From Octopus vulgaris (lineage: Eukaryota), in the NCBI GenBank assembly GCA_951406725.2, contig OX597827.1, forward strand, positions 53,072,001-53,136,000: a stretch of DNA of 64,000 nucleotides. Direction: 5' to 3'. Within the stretch, counting starts at the first letter, position 1. Every line of letters starts with the position of its first letter. Shown here one piece after another: positions 23,018-38,487 of the stretch. Under the pieces are notes generated by a model. It saw only the letters and a list, made by a program, of their open reading frames with translations, made no database searches and was not told where the DNA came from. Both the position numbers and the translations under genes were made by a program.

Positions 23018-23065
23018 ACTCATTCAAACGATGTGTATCCTTACGGCCTTTTGTTGTTATTTATT
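23018..23065 (+). CDS. ATP6V0E: V-ATPase subunit e, exon 2 (LIQTMCILTAFCCYLF)
   Basis: TTTTCCAG acceptor, GTAAGT donor, 48 nt phase 2-2, conserved CCYLF. Confidence 0.95.
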
Positions 23066-23555
23066 GTAAGTTCAGTTTTTCTCTTTTCTTTTAATTTTTC
23101 CAAAATGTTTTTAGTTCCTTCTTTTTAGTTTGGTAGTGGTGATGAAAAGTAAATATGTTGCTATTTGAGTTAAGTTCCTAATCTAGTTGCAATTTCCAGT
23201 TGGATCTGTATCACTTTTTCCTGCCTACCTTTCTAGTGTCTACTTTCTTATCTTTTTACCTTTCTCTTTCTACTCCTCTATAGATATTTCTCTGATTATA
23301 TCATTTATTTTATTTTCTTACTAGTTTCAGCTATGATCACGTTTAGTAACATATATTTTCAAAATGATTCATAATCAAGATTTTCTTGCAGCAAGCAGTC
23401 AAAAGATGAACTGTCAGAAAGCAATAGTTTGGGTCATATAAAACTGTATACATCATTTGTTCAAATGCAGTGCACAACTAAATTTGGAAATTTTAAAATT
23501 TATATACTCCAAGTAATTTTTCTTTGTTTCTAAAGTGCTGTTTATTTTTCTACAG

Positions 23556-23649
23556 TTGGTTATGTGCTTATTTGAGTCAGTTAAACCCTCTCTTTGGTCC
23601 CCAACTTGACAGTGAGGTCATCAGATATCTTCAAATTGCATGGAATAAT
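23556..23649 (+). CDS. ATP6V0E: V-ATPase subunit e, exon 3 ([31 protein letters not shown])
   Basis: TTTTTCTACAG acceptor, GTAAGT donor, family signature [10 protein letters not shown]. Confidence 0.96.
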
Positions 23650-23754
23650 GTAAGTATTTTCTGAAATATTTAGGATACATTTTTGTTTATTGAAGTTATT
23701 TTACTTTCATACTATGTGTAGAATTTGTTAAATGTTTGTCAAACTGAATGCAAA

Positions 23755-23900
23755 TATGGTTAGATGTTTGTTTCCTAATCACATGGTTCCAGGTTCAGTC
23801 CCACTGATTGGTTCCTTGAGCAAGTGTCTTCTATAGCATTGGGCCAACAAAAGCCATGTGAATGGGTTTGGTTGATGGAAACTGAAAAGAAACTCTCATA
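23755..23900 (+). mobile_element. CORE-type SINE, 5' part
   Basis: Matches the head of 2455-2808. Confidence 0.65.
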
Positions 23901-25168
23901 TCATCAATATACACATCTCATTTAGCCTACAAAAAATGTGTTCTGGAGAAGCTTACATTTCCATATATTGATATAACCGAAATCAAATGTGTAACAGTTG
24001 AAATGTTTACCAAATAAATAATGCTCTTCATAGTAAAAGTAATGTATAGTTTGAAAAAAATGAAAACTAAAGTGATCTATTTTCAGTAGGATAAGATCTT
24101 TACTGCAGATGAAGTGTGATCATTTAATTTGAACTGAAGGTTATCTTGCTTTTTTTTTTTTACTGATCTTATTTGATCATATCAATCTCTGTACTAATTT
24201 CAACCTGATAATTATTTCATTTATTGAATTGCTAAAATTTCAAAATCTTCACTTAGTCATAATAAGGAAGTTATTTACAAACATTTAGTGGTTTTTAACT
24301 TTGATTTCTTAGAAACCATTTTGTGATCTCTACAAAAAATGTTCAAGCTTCAATCTTTTCATTGACTTTTGGTGAAAAAAGTAAAAGGCTGATGACTAAA
24401 ACATCCTGGAGTTTGTTTTTCAAATGTTGAAAATCTGTTCACGAGACGATTGAAACTTTGAAATAATCTTTTGACAAATCTGATTTCGATGCAGAATAGA
24501 AGATTTTTTTTTTTTCATGATCTACCTGAGCTTTATGTTGTATATTATATTTGTCAACTACAGTCTTTTTTGGGGGGACAGGTGTGTTTTTATTGTGGCT
24601 TCTATCATCCATTTTATCTCATAAATGCATATTTTTGTGTATACTGTATGTATAAACCAAAGATGTAGTGAAATAACATTCTACCTGTGATTCTTTTATT
24701 GATAAATTTTAATTGAAGTGTCATGACTTTATAAGTTTTTTAAGACATATTTGCTCAACAGGAACTGAAGGTTTTTGTTGTCAGTAACCCTTGTATGAGA
24801 CAGTTGATGGCAGTACATTTAGTAGATCTGTTTTATTATGCAGCACTGGATTCAAGGCTGGATACTTGACTTTAGATTTATTTCTCTTTGTAAAAACCTA
24901 TCTTCATGTAGAAGCAATAATTGTAGTGATTCATGGGAACAGTGAATGTCTTTTTCCATTCAACCAAGTTGTTAACATTATTTTATACTATGTACACTTG
25001 GTATGTAGTGCCCAACTCTTCTCTTGGTCTTCTACTTTACAGCCAAAGCAGTGTGTGTGTGTGTGTGTGTGTGTGGACAAATTCCATTTTCATTGCAATA
25101 TCTGTTTCTTTGCTGTTGTGGTGTATACTTTTTACATACATTTAATTTTATTAAATTTTCTTTTACAG

Positions 25169-25174
25169 AAATAA
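25169..25174 (+). CDS. ATP6V0E: V-ATPase subunit e, probable terminal exon (K-stop), followed by 3' UTR
   Basis: Strong acceptor TTTTCTTTTACAG then AAA TAA in phase 0, giving an 84-aa protein. AT-rich UTR with AATAAA near 25992. Confidence 0.7.
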   Translation, partial: K

Positions 25175-26774
25175 ACAACATGCTGATTGATGCAGAAAAC
25201 TACTCAAAGAAATGAAAGACTGTAATTTCAACAGTAGAACATAAAAGGTTGATGGAAAATGAAATGAAATGTATATGGAATGTAAGAGAAGAAAAAATAT
25301 AAAAAAGGAAAATTAATCTTTGAAAGTTATAGTACATGATTTTGTATCTAGACCTGTATTAAATAATGGTGATTGAGTTCATTTTTTTTTTTTATTACAT
25401 TACAGTCGTCTTCAACTTTTATATAATTAAATTTTGAGGATGAATATAAGCCTGCATGAAAAATTCATTGTATGTATCCACATACAAATGCCATGAAAGG
25501 GTGGAAAATGTCATCATTTTACTCTATCATAATCTTTGTATTTGGATTCAAAGTTAAAAAAAGATATAAAAAATCTTTTCTTTTAAGTTTTAGTTTTGTC
25601 CTTATATTTTTTTTTTTAATTTCTTCAGACAGTTCCCCTATATTGTTTAATGTTAAAAAAAAAATGACAAATATTACAAGTATAAAATTAATTTCTTTCT
25701 GAAAGTGGTTTTTCTTCTTTTGTCTGTTGAATCCAAATAGTCTTCATTATTCAAGTAATCTGCAGCAATTTAGAAAGTCTTCTTGAAATAGTTATTCTGC
25801 AACCTACTACATTTTTAGTAATTTTCCAAGCATTGATTTTACTTTCCTTTATTGTGATGTAAACATACATTAGTCAGTTGTTTGGTAAAAATTGCTGGAA
25901 CCAGAACTCTTTAATTGTTACTATATTCTATTTCAAATTAATTATTTTGTTTTTGATGGAATATTTGTTTTTATTTCTGTACAAATTGGTTAATAAATCA
26001 CTAAACAGTGTCAAAATTTCTGTTTTTCTTTTATAATCTGCCTTACAAAATGTATAATACCTTACTATTGGTTGAAATATATAAGATTCTGGATTTTTCC
26101 CTCATCGGGTTTGAAGTGCTTTGTGTGTGTTCTTTTTTAAAAATTTCTACTGTGAAATAGCAAATTATTGAAGAAATGGAATACAATCTTTAGTTTCCCT
26201 CATTGAGTTTGAAGTGTTTGGTGTGCATTCTTTTCTCAAAATTTCTACTGCAAAATAGCAAATTAATGAAGAAATTGAATACAACTTATACGACGGCACA
26301 GAATTCTTTCCCTTCATCGGAAGGGAGGTATATGAGGTCCTATCACATGTTTAGAATGAGGCATTCTTTCTGGATGCACAAGAAATGATCTTGCATGTAT
26401 CTGGAATAAATGTGGCAAGACAGAGGACCAGATCACTCACACTGCACATTTCATAGATGTACTGAAGATGAATGGATACCCAACATCCACAATGAATCGA
26501 CTTAAGAATTGAAGGCACCATGGGCATAAGACCTCCTCTAACACCTGCTTCATGAAATTACCACATTTCAGCGAAAGCATAACCACAGCTATCTGCAAAG
26601 GACTGGACATACAGTTAGCACACTCCGGCCCTTCTCTGTGGATACCTGTCTAAAAGGCAATCTAGAGACAACAATCGATGCTTGTTGACTAACTGTCCTA
26701 TCCACAATACAGGTATGTGCCAATGGACATATATGGGATACTGGATTGAATGCAACAAGTGTAAGGAGTTCTAC

Positions 26775-27080
26775 ATCATCATCATCATCATTTAACGTCC
26801 GTTTTCCATGGGTTAGACGGTTCAACTGGGGTCTGGGAAGCCAGAAGGCTGCACCAGGCCCAGTCTGATCTGGCAGTGTTTCTACAGCTGGATGCCCTCC
26901 CTAACGCCAACCACTCCGAGAGTGTAATGGGTGCTTTTTTATGTGCCACAGGCACAGGTGCCAGACGAGGCTGGCAGACGGCCACGATCAGATGGTGCTT
27001 TTTATGTGCCACCGGCACGGTGACCAGACAAAGCTGGCAACGGCCATGGTCGGATGGTGCTTTTTACATGCCACCGGCAG
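26775..27080 (-). mobile_element. SINE, (GAT)n-tail family
   Basis: Close match to 581-880. Confidence 0.8.
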
Positions 27081-27529
27081 AAAATTTTGAAGCTATGAGA
27101 TAATGTATGATTAATTCAAAACAATGTGAATAGATAAGCATTGCATTTCACAGAGCAATATGGATGCTAAAGGGTTAAGTCTGCAATTCAATGGGTCCTC
27201 CTTTTCTGAATTAGCAAGCTGCATACCACCTCCATCAAATTTATCAATCACTTTTGTTCGTCATACTGTCTCACTTTCCATATTCTTCACCAGTCATTTT
27301 TTTTATACCTTTTCATTTCAATTGCAATTCTTTGGCACTACTTTCTTCATAACCCTTTCTATTGTATTACTCTTTAAATCTTACACTAAACATTGCCATT
27401 CTCTTCTCTACAGAACTATCTGGAATTTTCTCCCCGTCCATGTTTTTCTTAAGAAGCTTAAACAATATGTCAAGTTCATTGATGTGGGACAAGGTGGTGA
27501 ATTGCGATCTTCAGATGTTGCGTCATATG

Positions 27530-27836
27530 GAGGCGATGATAACTGACCAAGATCTTTGGCAAATTGCTGTGCTTGGGAAGACGTGAAATTGTTGTTGTGG
27601 CCAGTGCCAGTGGTGCATGAATGGCACTTGTGCTGGTGACACACAGGGAACCAGTGCTGGTGACAAATAAACAGTACCCAGTACACTCAGTGGAATGATT
27701 GATGTTAGGGAGGGCATCCAACTGTAAAAACCAGCCCAAAGCAGATTGGAACCTGGTGCAGCTCTCCAGCTTACTGTCTCCAATCAAACTGTCTAACCTG
27801 TGTGAACATGGAAAATGGATGCTAAATGATGATGAT
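27530..27836 (+). mobile_element. RTE 3' piece plus (GAT)n-tail SINE
   Basis: DLWQIAVL motif followed by SINE body and GATGATGAT tail. Confidence 0.65.
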
Positions 27837-27967
27837 TTTAAAAAAACCAACAAAATCCTCATTTTCTTCCATTTTCAAGAGTTCATACTTTTCTTAGCAT
27901 TAAAAATTTTTTTTTTTTTTAATATTTGTTTCCACTAAAATTTAAGCAAATTATATGAAATTTCATC

Positions 27968-28340
27968 CTCATCATCATCTTTTAACGTCTGTTGTCCATG
28001 CTGGCATGAGTTGGACAGTTTGACTGGGCTGGAAGGCTGTGCCAGGCTCCAGTCTGACTTGGCATGATTTTCTATGGCTGGATGCCCTTCCTAACACCAA
28101 CTACTCCAAGAGTGTAATGTGTGCTTTTCCGTGCCACCAGCACGGGTGCCATTTACGTGACACGGGGGGGGGGTGTTTATGTGCCAATTTGTGTGACACC
28201 GGTATCTGCCATGATTGCAATTTTGCTTGGCTTGATGAGTCTTCTCAAGTACAACATAATGCCAAAGGTCTTGGTCATTGCCTCCATGAGGCCCAACACT
28301 TGAAAGGAACTCAACCACATTGCCAATGGTCTTGGTCACT
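27968..28340 (-). mobile_element. (GAT)n-tail SINE plus RTE 3' piece
   Basis: Inverted counterpart of 27530-27836. Confidence 0.65.
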
Positions 28341-28877
28341 AAAATTCAATACTCAAACTCTAAGTGGATTGGAGCAAGAAAAAAACTTCTTTTTTTCAAA
28401 ATAACTTTTTAGGAATGTTGTAAGGCAATAAAACCTTCCTTTTTCTAATGCGATTTTATCAAAAGTAGAACTAGAGATGGATTGATTACTAACTATGTAA
28501 GTGGTTATTATTGTTTAATCCTTATCAGCTCTGACTGAACAGATGTATGATCTAAGTTCCAAATGTAACCATCTCACCTGTATCTAGGATTACATCAAGC
28601 TGTCAGATGTTATTTGAATGAAGTTTCATTGCTATTTCTAGCTGTTCGAATGACCACATAGAGGCTAGCCCATTTGTTCAAAGTAACAATAGTTCAAAAG
28701 GTTGGTATTTATTAGTGGGATTGTGAAATGGACCAAGATTTTTCAGTTTTCAGTACCATGTCACCATGTAAATATAGTTTCTATAGTTTTGTCTTCTTCG
28801 TTGTTCCCTTAAGATAACCTTAGTTCACACATTTCCTTAACTGCAACATATTCATTCATTCATCTATTAAAGTTTAT

Positions 28878-31864
28878 CACGCAGTTACTTATTTCTCTAA
28901 TTTTGTCTTAGATTGGCTCTCAGATTTTTTTCAATTCTATTTTACTATTATCGACATTTGCTGTCTCGTTAAATTATGCTACACAAATCCCAAAAGAATA
29001 TTTTTCTCCTTCGTGTTCTGACCACTACACCCTCTCTCTGTGCCTCACTCTATCTTTCTCTCGTCCTCACTGTGCCTCTCTTTCGGCCTCACTCTCTCTC
29101 TCGGCTTCACTCTGTCTCTCTCTCTCTCTCTCGGCTTCACTCTGTCTCTCTCTCTCTCTCTCTCGGCCTCACTCTGTTTGTCTCTGTCTCTCTTTCGATT
29201 ACCACCACCACCACCACCACCACCACCACCCTATATAAACTAGCGCACGCACTCGGATTCTCTCACTCGATTTTTTTTTACCTCCGCCGAAGGAATACGT
29301 ATCCAGAAGATGCTCTCGTCTAAATTTGCTAGTTAACGGTACGCCTGCACAACCTGCTCTATCTGTAGCGGAAGTTCCTATCCTTTGTCATCGTTTGGTT
29401 GTCTCCCATGAACACTTCTAAAGGCTTTTCGCCACCCCCACCCCTACTTACAAATTTGCGGTTCTTCTCTTCTGTTCATTCGTGTGTATAAGTTTGTACT
29501 GCTTTTCCGTTTTGAGGTAAAGCGAACACACGAACATAGAAAGACACAAGGCGCAGCACAGAGAAGCGACTGGCTAATGGGAATATCTACAACATTCAAC
29601 GAGTAGAAGATAAGGTGTGAAGTCGTCCACCTGTGTAGCTCATTCTTTTAGGAATTGTAACGATAGCGAAACTTTTGTATTCAAATTCGGGCTGCGAAGT
29701 TGATGGCCGGCTTGCTTGAAATATGTCCTCTCGTTGCTGCATTTAGAAACAGAGTTCATCGTTCAACAACGATAGAAACTTTCGGCTGCTGAAAATCCTT
29801 TTAGAGTGGGGTCACCATTTTAAAATGGAAGGAAGGTTTTTATGATACTTTTGGGGTAACTTCTTCCATTATGATTATCCTGTTGATTCAAGGAGCTGGA
29901 AATACGACGAATAAAGTTCTCAGGCGGAGTAAATTAAAAAACCATTTATTTACAGGTGTTTCGTACCAGTGGTTTGCTTTCAGTAACCATCTTCACAGCA
30001 GTGCGTAGTTAGCCTTCCCTCCCATACAGACTCTATTTCGGAATACCCATGGGTGACCAGGACAAACCATGGGCCCCCACATGTGATATGTGGAAGCTGT
30101 CGATCTACTCTAGAAGGATGGTGAAGAGATACAGGAAGGAATGCCTTTTGCTATTCCAAGGGTATGGAGAGAGCCAAAGAACCATCACGATGACTGTTAC
30201 TTTTGTATGTTCGATGTGACAAAGTACAGAAAAGTGAAAGGAAGACAAACTCCTCAGTATCCAGACATACCATTATCTAGAGCACTTGTCCCACATGATG
30301 ACAGTTTATGAATACCACTACCACCAGAAAATATTTCATCTGAAGAGTCAACAAATAGCAGCAGCCGTGAAATGGAGGAAGCTTTCGTACTAAGAAGAAC
30401 TTCGGAGCCTCACTTTCCAAATCAGAGTGAGCTAGATGATTTAATCAGGGATCTGGGTCTTACTAAGTCAGGAGCTGAACTTCTTTCATCAAGGTTGAAG
30501 GAATGGAATCTACTGGGGGAAGACTGCAAGAAATCTGTGTACCGGAAACGCCATGAAGAATTTGAAATTTACTATGAAAATATTAATGATTTGTGTTATT
30601 GTAAAGATGTGATTGGTTTGTTTACTGCTATTGGACTCAAGTATGATTCTGCAGAATGGCGACTGTTCATAGATAGCTCAACATGAAGTCTCAAAGCAGT
30701 GTTGCTCCACAATAGAAATAAATAGACTTCTTTGCCTCTTGCACACTCCATACAGAAGAAAGAAAATTACGATAATGTCAAAGAACTTCTCAACAAAATA
30801 AATTACGCTGAGTTCAAGTGGGATGTTTGTGGTGATTTCAAGATGCTTGCCTTCTTTCTTGGCTTGCAAAAGAGGATACACAAAGTATTCATGTTTCCTT
30901 TGCTGATGGGACAGCAGAGCTGTTGATGATCATTACAGGAGAGTACATTGGCCCCCCACGAGTGGAACTCCAACCAGGAATCTTAAATGTTCTCAAGCAG
31001 CCTCTAGTAGATTCCAACAAAATCTTATTACCCCCACTTCATATCAAACTCAGATCGGTAGAACAGTTTGTGAAGGCCTTAGATCTTAGAGGAGAAGCTT
31101 TTCAAGAAATGTGTCTTATGTTTCCAAAGCTATCTGAGGCTAAGATCAAGGGTGGCATATTTGTTGGGCCCCCAAATAAATGCAATGTTAAAGTCGAAGA
31201 AACTGGAAAGAGCGATGACAAAAGTCGAAAAAGAAGCTTGGTGTGCATTTCGTGATGTAGTTCATGGATTCCTAGGAAATCACAAGGATCCTAATTACAA
31301 ACAGCTGGTAGCAAAAGCTTATTGAAAACTTAAAGAAAATGGGTTGTCATATGTCCTTCAAGGTTCATTTTTTTGCACTCTCACCCAGATTTCCCCTCCG
31401 ATGTTAGTGAGGAGCATGGCGAGAGATTTCATCAGGACATCGCAACTATGGAAAGAAGATAACAAGGACGATGGGATACTGCGATGATGGGAGATTATAT
31501 ATGGTCTCTAGTCAGAAGAGATGAAGGTATGCACTCTAGAAAATCTCGATCGTGAAAGCACTCCTTATATTAAGAAAAGAGTAATCAAGGCATTTACAGT
31601 GCAGAGTTTTATTGTTTCTTTTTGTTCCTAAATACCTTTCAATATATGAAAAAGTACTAAATGTTGTGTAATTATCCTTACAATACTAGAATAGATTGAA
31701 CCAACAAAGTGCTGTAGAGAAAAGTTACAAATATAACGAGCAAATATGAAATTAAAAATAAATAAATAACTATCGATATTACGTCAAAACGAATATGATT
31801 TTTGAATTTAGTGGCAAAAAATTCATATATGAACATTAAAAATTACAAATAAACAAAACACGTG
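28878..31864 (+). mobile_element. Decayed Chapaev3-like (CMC) DNA transposon with fragmented transposase (~29950-31555)
   Basis: Motifs WREPKNHHDDCYFC, ELDDLIRDLGL, WRLFIDSS, LKAVLLHN, LLPPLHIKL, EEHGERFHQDI across several frames with stops. Candidate CAC...GTG termini are tentative. Confidence 0.72.
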
Positions 31865-32399
31865 TAATTGATACATATGTGGTGGTAATATAAACAAATG
31901 TAGCAAGACTTACATCAAATTATGTTCTTGCGCTGGTAAATTCGCTGGGTAGACGTTAGATTATGGTAGATTGCTTAGTTTCGTTGGGTAATTAGGGTGA
32001 GGTGAGTATTATTTAGGTGCAGGGTTTCTAGTTTAATTAATCACATTTTTTTCGCACGTGTGTACTCAATTTGTTTAAACTGCAATTGTTTACTACCAGC
32101 GGTGTAAGGGAAGTAACTCTAACAGGGTGAAGAGGGAGCTAACTCCTGCCAAATTTTTATGTGACTAGATGAGGTGGTTTAAAAATGTATTATGCTAGTT
32201 TAGGAAGTTCTTAGTGCTAGAAGGGGCCCTATGTATGTGCAAGGTGTATTGTTTTATGGAATGTAGCGGGGTGGGGGTGCGAGTGGGTTACCTAATCAAA
32301 ACCTGAAACGCTGGGGAATTAACACAGCGAATTGAAATAATAAGTTTCCGCAAATGAAAACAATTAGCATTGAAATGCAGAATTAACAAAGGCTAAATA

Positions 32400-32682
32400 A
32401 GTTATCGTTAATAAGCTGTCCGTTTATACCCATCAAATATTTCTCGTCAAATAGATGTAACGATGGCTAGTGCGAAAAATGCCAATTTTAGGATTTTTAG
32501 ATAAATCGATGCTTATAAAAAATCGATTTAAAAAAGAATTCCAAGTGTGTAAGTGACCCCATGGGCATAAGTCCGCCCATCCCCCACAAGTGTCAAGTTT
32601 CATCAAGGTCTGTTGGATAGTCTCAGAGGAGTTGAAGTAACAAATACATAAACACACTAACTTGCCATTTCTTATCATAGAT
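32400..32682 (+). mobile_element. Possible non-autonomous Helentron/DINE-like 3' fragment
   Basis: AAGTTTCATCAA motif and ...ATAGAT end adjoining a microsatellite; pattern resemblance only. Confidence 0.3.
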
Positions 32683-32732
32683 ATGTATATATACTTATAT
32701 ATATATACTTATACATACATACATACATACAT

Positions 32733-32798
<66 letters not shown>

Positions 32799-32810
32799 AT
32801 ATATATATAT

Positions 32811-32854
<44 letters not shown>

Positions 32855-32949
32855 GCATACTTATATACTCTTTTACTCGTTTCAGCCATGTGGATGTGGT
32901 CATGCTGGAGCACCACCATGGTCTTTCTGACCTCCCCAGTCTAAGTGTT

Positions 32950-34830
32950 TTACATCACCATTCCTGTATGTGCCTTTATCCCAGCTGTTGGGACATTCGG
33001 TGTATAAAGGAGTTTGATTCTGCTACCTTCGTCTGTATCTGGTCCTGAATTTAGATGGGGTGGATGGTACAATACAATGGTGGACAGGTCTCTCAATTGT
33101 ATGATACTCAATGCCAAAGTTAGATACTAGTCCATATAGGATTTTCTATATGTATGTTATTGCATATCTCTCACGCCTTCGTTCCAGGGAGTAAAGCTGT
33201 AGTTTTCTCAGCCTATCCCTATAGCTCATCTACCGCACTGTTTCAATCTTTTTAGTGTAGTGGCGTTGGACTGCTTCAAGCTCCACTGTTAGTTTGGCAC
33301 CATGTGGTGACCATAACTGGGAGCAGTAGTCCAGGCGGCTGAGAACAAAGGTTCTCCACAGGGTCAACATAGTTTCTTGGTCGCTTGTCTTGAAGGACCT
33401 CAATATCCATCCTGCCATTTGTCTGCACTTTACTACCATCTTGCTACTGTGCATATAAAATGATGCGTCATTGCACATACTGATCCCTGACTCTTTCACT
33501 GCCTGTGACTGGGATTGTAGTGCTTTCGTGTCCTGTAAAAGTAGGTTGTACTGTATTCGTGAGTTGATAGTGCAGTGCTTGAAATTTTCCAGCATTAAAC
33601 TGCATGTTGTTTACTTCAGCCCACTTGTATATTGAATTTAGGTACCACTTTAAGCTTCTGACATCATCTTGGTTTTTTTATTTCCTGTGATAATTTTGTA
33701 TCATTGTCATAGTTAGAGAAAGTGGCTGTCCGAGTGACCGTGGGCATGCCTAAGAGGGCTATTATGAACAGTAATGACCCCAGAACAGTTCCCTGGTTGA
33801 CACCACTTAGGATTTGAGTTTCCTCGGAAAGGGCACCATTGGTTGCTACTACCTGACTTCTGTTTTTAAGGAAGTCATGTAGCCACTCTCTCAGTTTCCC
33901 AGCAATGCCAAGGTCTTGTAGCTTATGATTTATCATGCCATGATCTACCTTATCAAATGCCTTTGTGAAGTCAAGGTATATTACACTGACATCTTAATGG
34001 TTAAAAAGCTGCTTCAAAACCCAGTCATAGTGCTGTAGGAGCTGTGTGAGGCAGCTTCTTCCTGGATGGAAGCCATGCTGTGTATTGTTCAGGAGGTAAT
34101 TTTCTGCTCGGAACTTTATCAGCTTCTTTCTGATGATTTGCTCCATGACTCTACTGATATGTGAAGTCAGAGAGATTGGCCTGTAGTCTTTGGCCTCGGC
34201 TCTGCTTCCATCTTTGTGGATAGGGCATATAATACCTTCTTTCAGCTTTTTAGGAAGTATACTACTTGCAAAGAAACTTTGGAAAAGTATCTGAAGTGGT
34301 TTCGCTAGAGCCTGCTTACATGACTTTAGGAGAATAGCTGGGAAGTCATCAGGATCAGTGGCAGGGCATGAGTTCAGTTCATCCTTGGTAGCTGCTACGT
34401 CTGTTTCTTCAATGTTGATGTAATTGATGGCTGGCGCCTCCTTTTTTAGAGCTGCAATATCGAAGAATTTAGCCAGATTTTTTATCTGCATGTGTCCAAA
34501 GGGGGAAGTGAAGACACTTTTAAATTGTTCATTGAAATCTCACTTATCCTTCCTGGATCCGTCATCAGTGAGTCATTCCCTTGGAACAACGGTCCTATTT
34601 TGTATTGTATTGTGGCTGTTTCCTTTGCGAATTTATAGAAAGCTTTGGGATTTGTTTTTATGCTTTCCACAGCCTTTTTCTCTCTCTCTGCTCTTTCTCT
34701 TTCACGAGAGAGTTTGATCTTGCTTTCTAGGAGTGTCCGTGTTAAGATAGACTTTTCTCTATCCTTCAGTTGCCTATTCAGCCACTTTGAGATCTTTGAC
34801 CTGCTTTTTCTTCTTTCTAAAGAATATTTA
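32950..34830 (-). mobile_element. Degenerate CR1-like LINE ORF2 (same family as 42795-45490)
   Basis: [40 protein letters not shown]; many stops and frameshifts. Confidence 0.88.
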
Positions 34831-35264
34831 GAAAGCAGAAACAAGCCGTATACAGAAGAGAAAAACCATCCAATTTCAACACAAAAAACAATAAAATTTT
34901 AGTAACAATCTTCCACCAGGGTTTCGAAACCGCAGTTCCAAATCACTACACAAACACAAGATGCTGATGTCACCTACCTCCAGTCCAGTGAAATTCCACA
35001 AACACCAGTTGCTGACGTCACATAATTCCAAACAAATCAAAACCGAACTTCAGCGAATACAACGAAAAGACCCTTTAAGAGAACCAACCAACCAGAACGA
35101 CCTATAACTGTATCCGCAAGGAAATCAACCAAGCAGAACGACAAGCTTGACCATGGAAGAAAAACGTCATCAATCTTTTAACGAATCAAAATCAGATCCA
35201 TTCGCAGAAAAAAATTTATAAATATATCTTTCCCTAAACATACCATTACAAGCGAAAGCGAAAG

Positions 35265-35569
35265 CAACGAGGGGGTAACCAGACTGTTGGAGTTCTGCAA
35301 TGCAAATGATCTTATGGTTTGCAATACTAACTTCAGGAAACCTGCTAGTTATCTAGTCACCTACTGTTCTGGCAGACACATTAGCCAAATTGATTACATC
35401 CTCGCCAGAAAAAGGGAAAGATGGCTGCTTATAAATGCCAAAATTTTCCCAGGTGAAGAATGTAGCCCACAACATAGACTGGTAATTAGTGACTTCAGGA
35501 TCAGAGCTAAGTGGATGCCCAGAAAACGACCAGCATGGAGGAGAAGGGTCTGGAAGCTGAAAGATCCTA

Positions 35570-35570
<1 letters not shown>
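35265..35570 (+). mobile_element. RTE apurinic-endonuclease fragment
   Basis: LLEFC...NTNFRK...TY.SG...SQIDYIL...QHRLV. Confidence 0.8.
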
Positions 35571-37200
<1,630 letters not shown>

Positions 37201-37269
37201 TCCCTACTGACTTAACAGAAATTATTTAGAGTTAACAATTATTACTATTTTATATTAGGTTAATTGTGA

Positions 37270-37307
37270 TGATTATACAGTTATATATATGTAAGTGTGT
37301 ATATGTT

Positions 37308-37387
<80 letters not shown>

Positions 37388-38010
37388 TATATGTATAAGG
37401 GTATATAAGGGTATATAATAAGTTAGGTATAATTAGATATATATATATATATGTATATGTGAGTATTTATTACTATAGACATTACTTATGAAGTTGTATT
37501 TCATATCAATGTGTATATATTTGTATATATATGTGTATATATGTATATATGTATATATATAAATATATATATGTATATATGTATATATATATATGTATAT
37601 ATATATGTATATATAATATATATATACATATATATATATATATGTATATATATGTATATATATATATATATATATGTTTATATGTATATATGTATATGTA
37701 TATATATATGTAGATATATGTATATATGTATATATATGTATATATATATATGTATATATATGTATATATATGTATATACATATATGTATATATATATGTA
37801 TAATAGTATAAATAATATATAAATATGCGTATATATACCTACATATATGTACATGCCTACATATATATGTATATATACATGCTTATATGGGTACAGGACA
37901 TAAAAAACGTTGAACAATATGATAAACGAAAACATAAAAACAAAAACAGAGAAACCAGCCATAGAGACGATATGTATGTATATGTGTATCTATATATGTA
38001 TATATATATG

Positions 38011-38090
<80 letters not shown>
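37270..38090. repeat. (TA)n/(TATG)n microsatellite field
   Basis: Directly visible. Confidence 0.9.
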
Positions 38091-38091
<1 letters not shown>

Positions 38092-38093
<2 letters not shown>

Positions 38094-38422
38094 CATGGCT
38101 CAGTGGTTAGAGCATCAAGCTCTCAATCATGAGGTTGTGAGCTCGAATCCCGGACCGGGCTGCGTGTTGTGTTCCTGAGCAAGGCACTTTATTTCACGTT
38201 GCTCCAGTTCACTCAGCTGTAGAAATGAGTTGCGACGTCACTGGTGCCAAGCTGTATCGACCTTTGTCTTTCCCTTGGATAACACTGGTGGCGTGTAGAG
38301 GGGAGGCCGGTATGCATGGGCGACTGCTGGTCTTCCATAAACAACCTTGCCCAGACTTGTGTCTAGGAGGGTAACTTTCTAGGTGCAATCCCATGGTCAT
38401 TCATGACCGAAGGGGGTCTTTA

Positions 38423-38425
<3 letters not shown>
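38092..38425 (+). mobile_element. tRNA-headed SINE inserted in (TA)n
   Basis: A box TGGCTCAGTGG, B box GCTCGAATCC, CORE-like CTGAGCAAGGCACTT. Confidence 0.8.

Positions 38426-38487
<62 letters not shown>

Noticed and set aside
38092-38165. tRNA gene
   Set aside because: Has A/B boxes but poor acceptor-stem pairing and continues into a SINE body.
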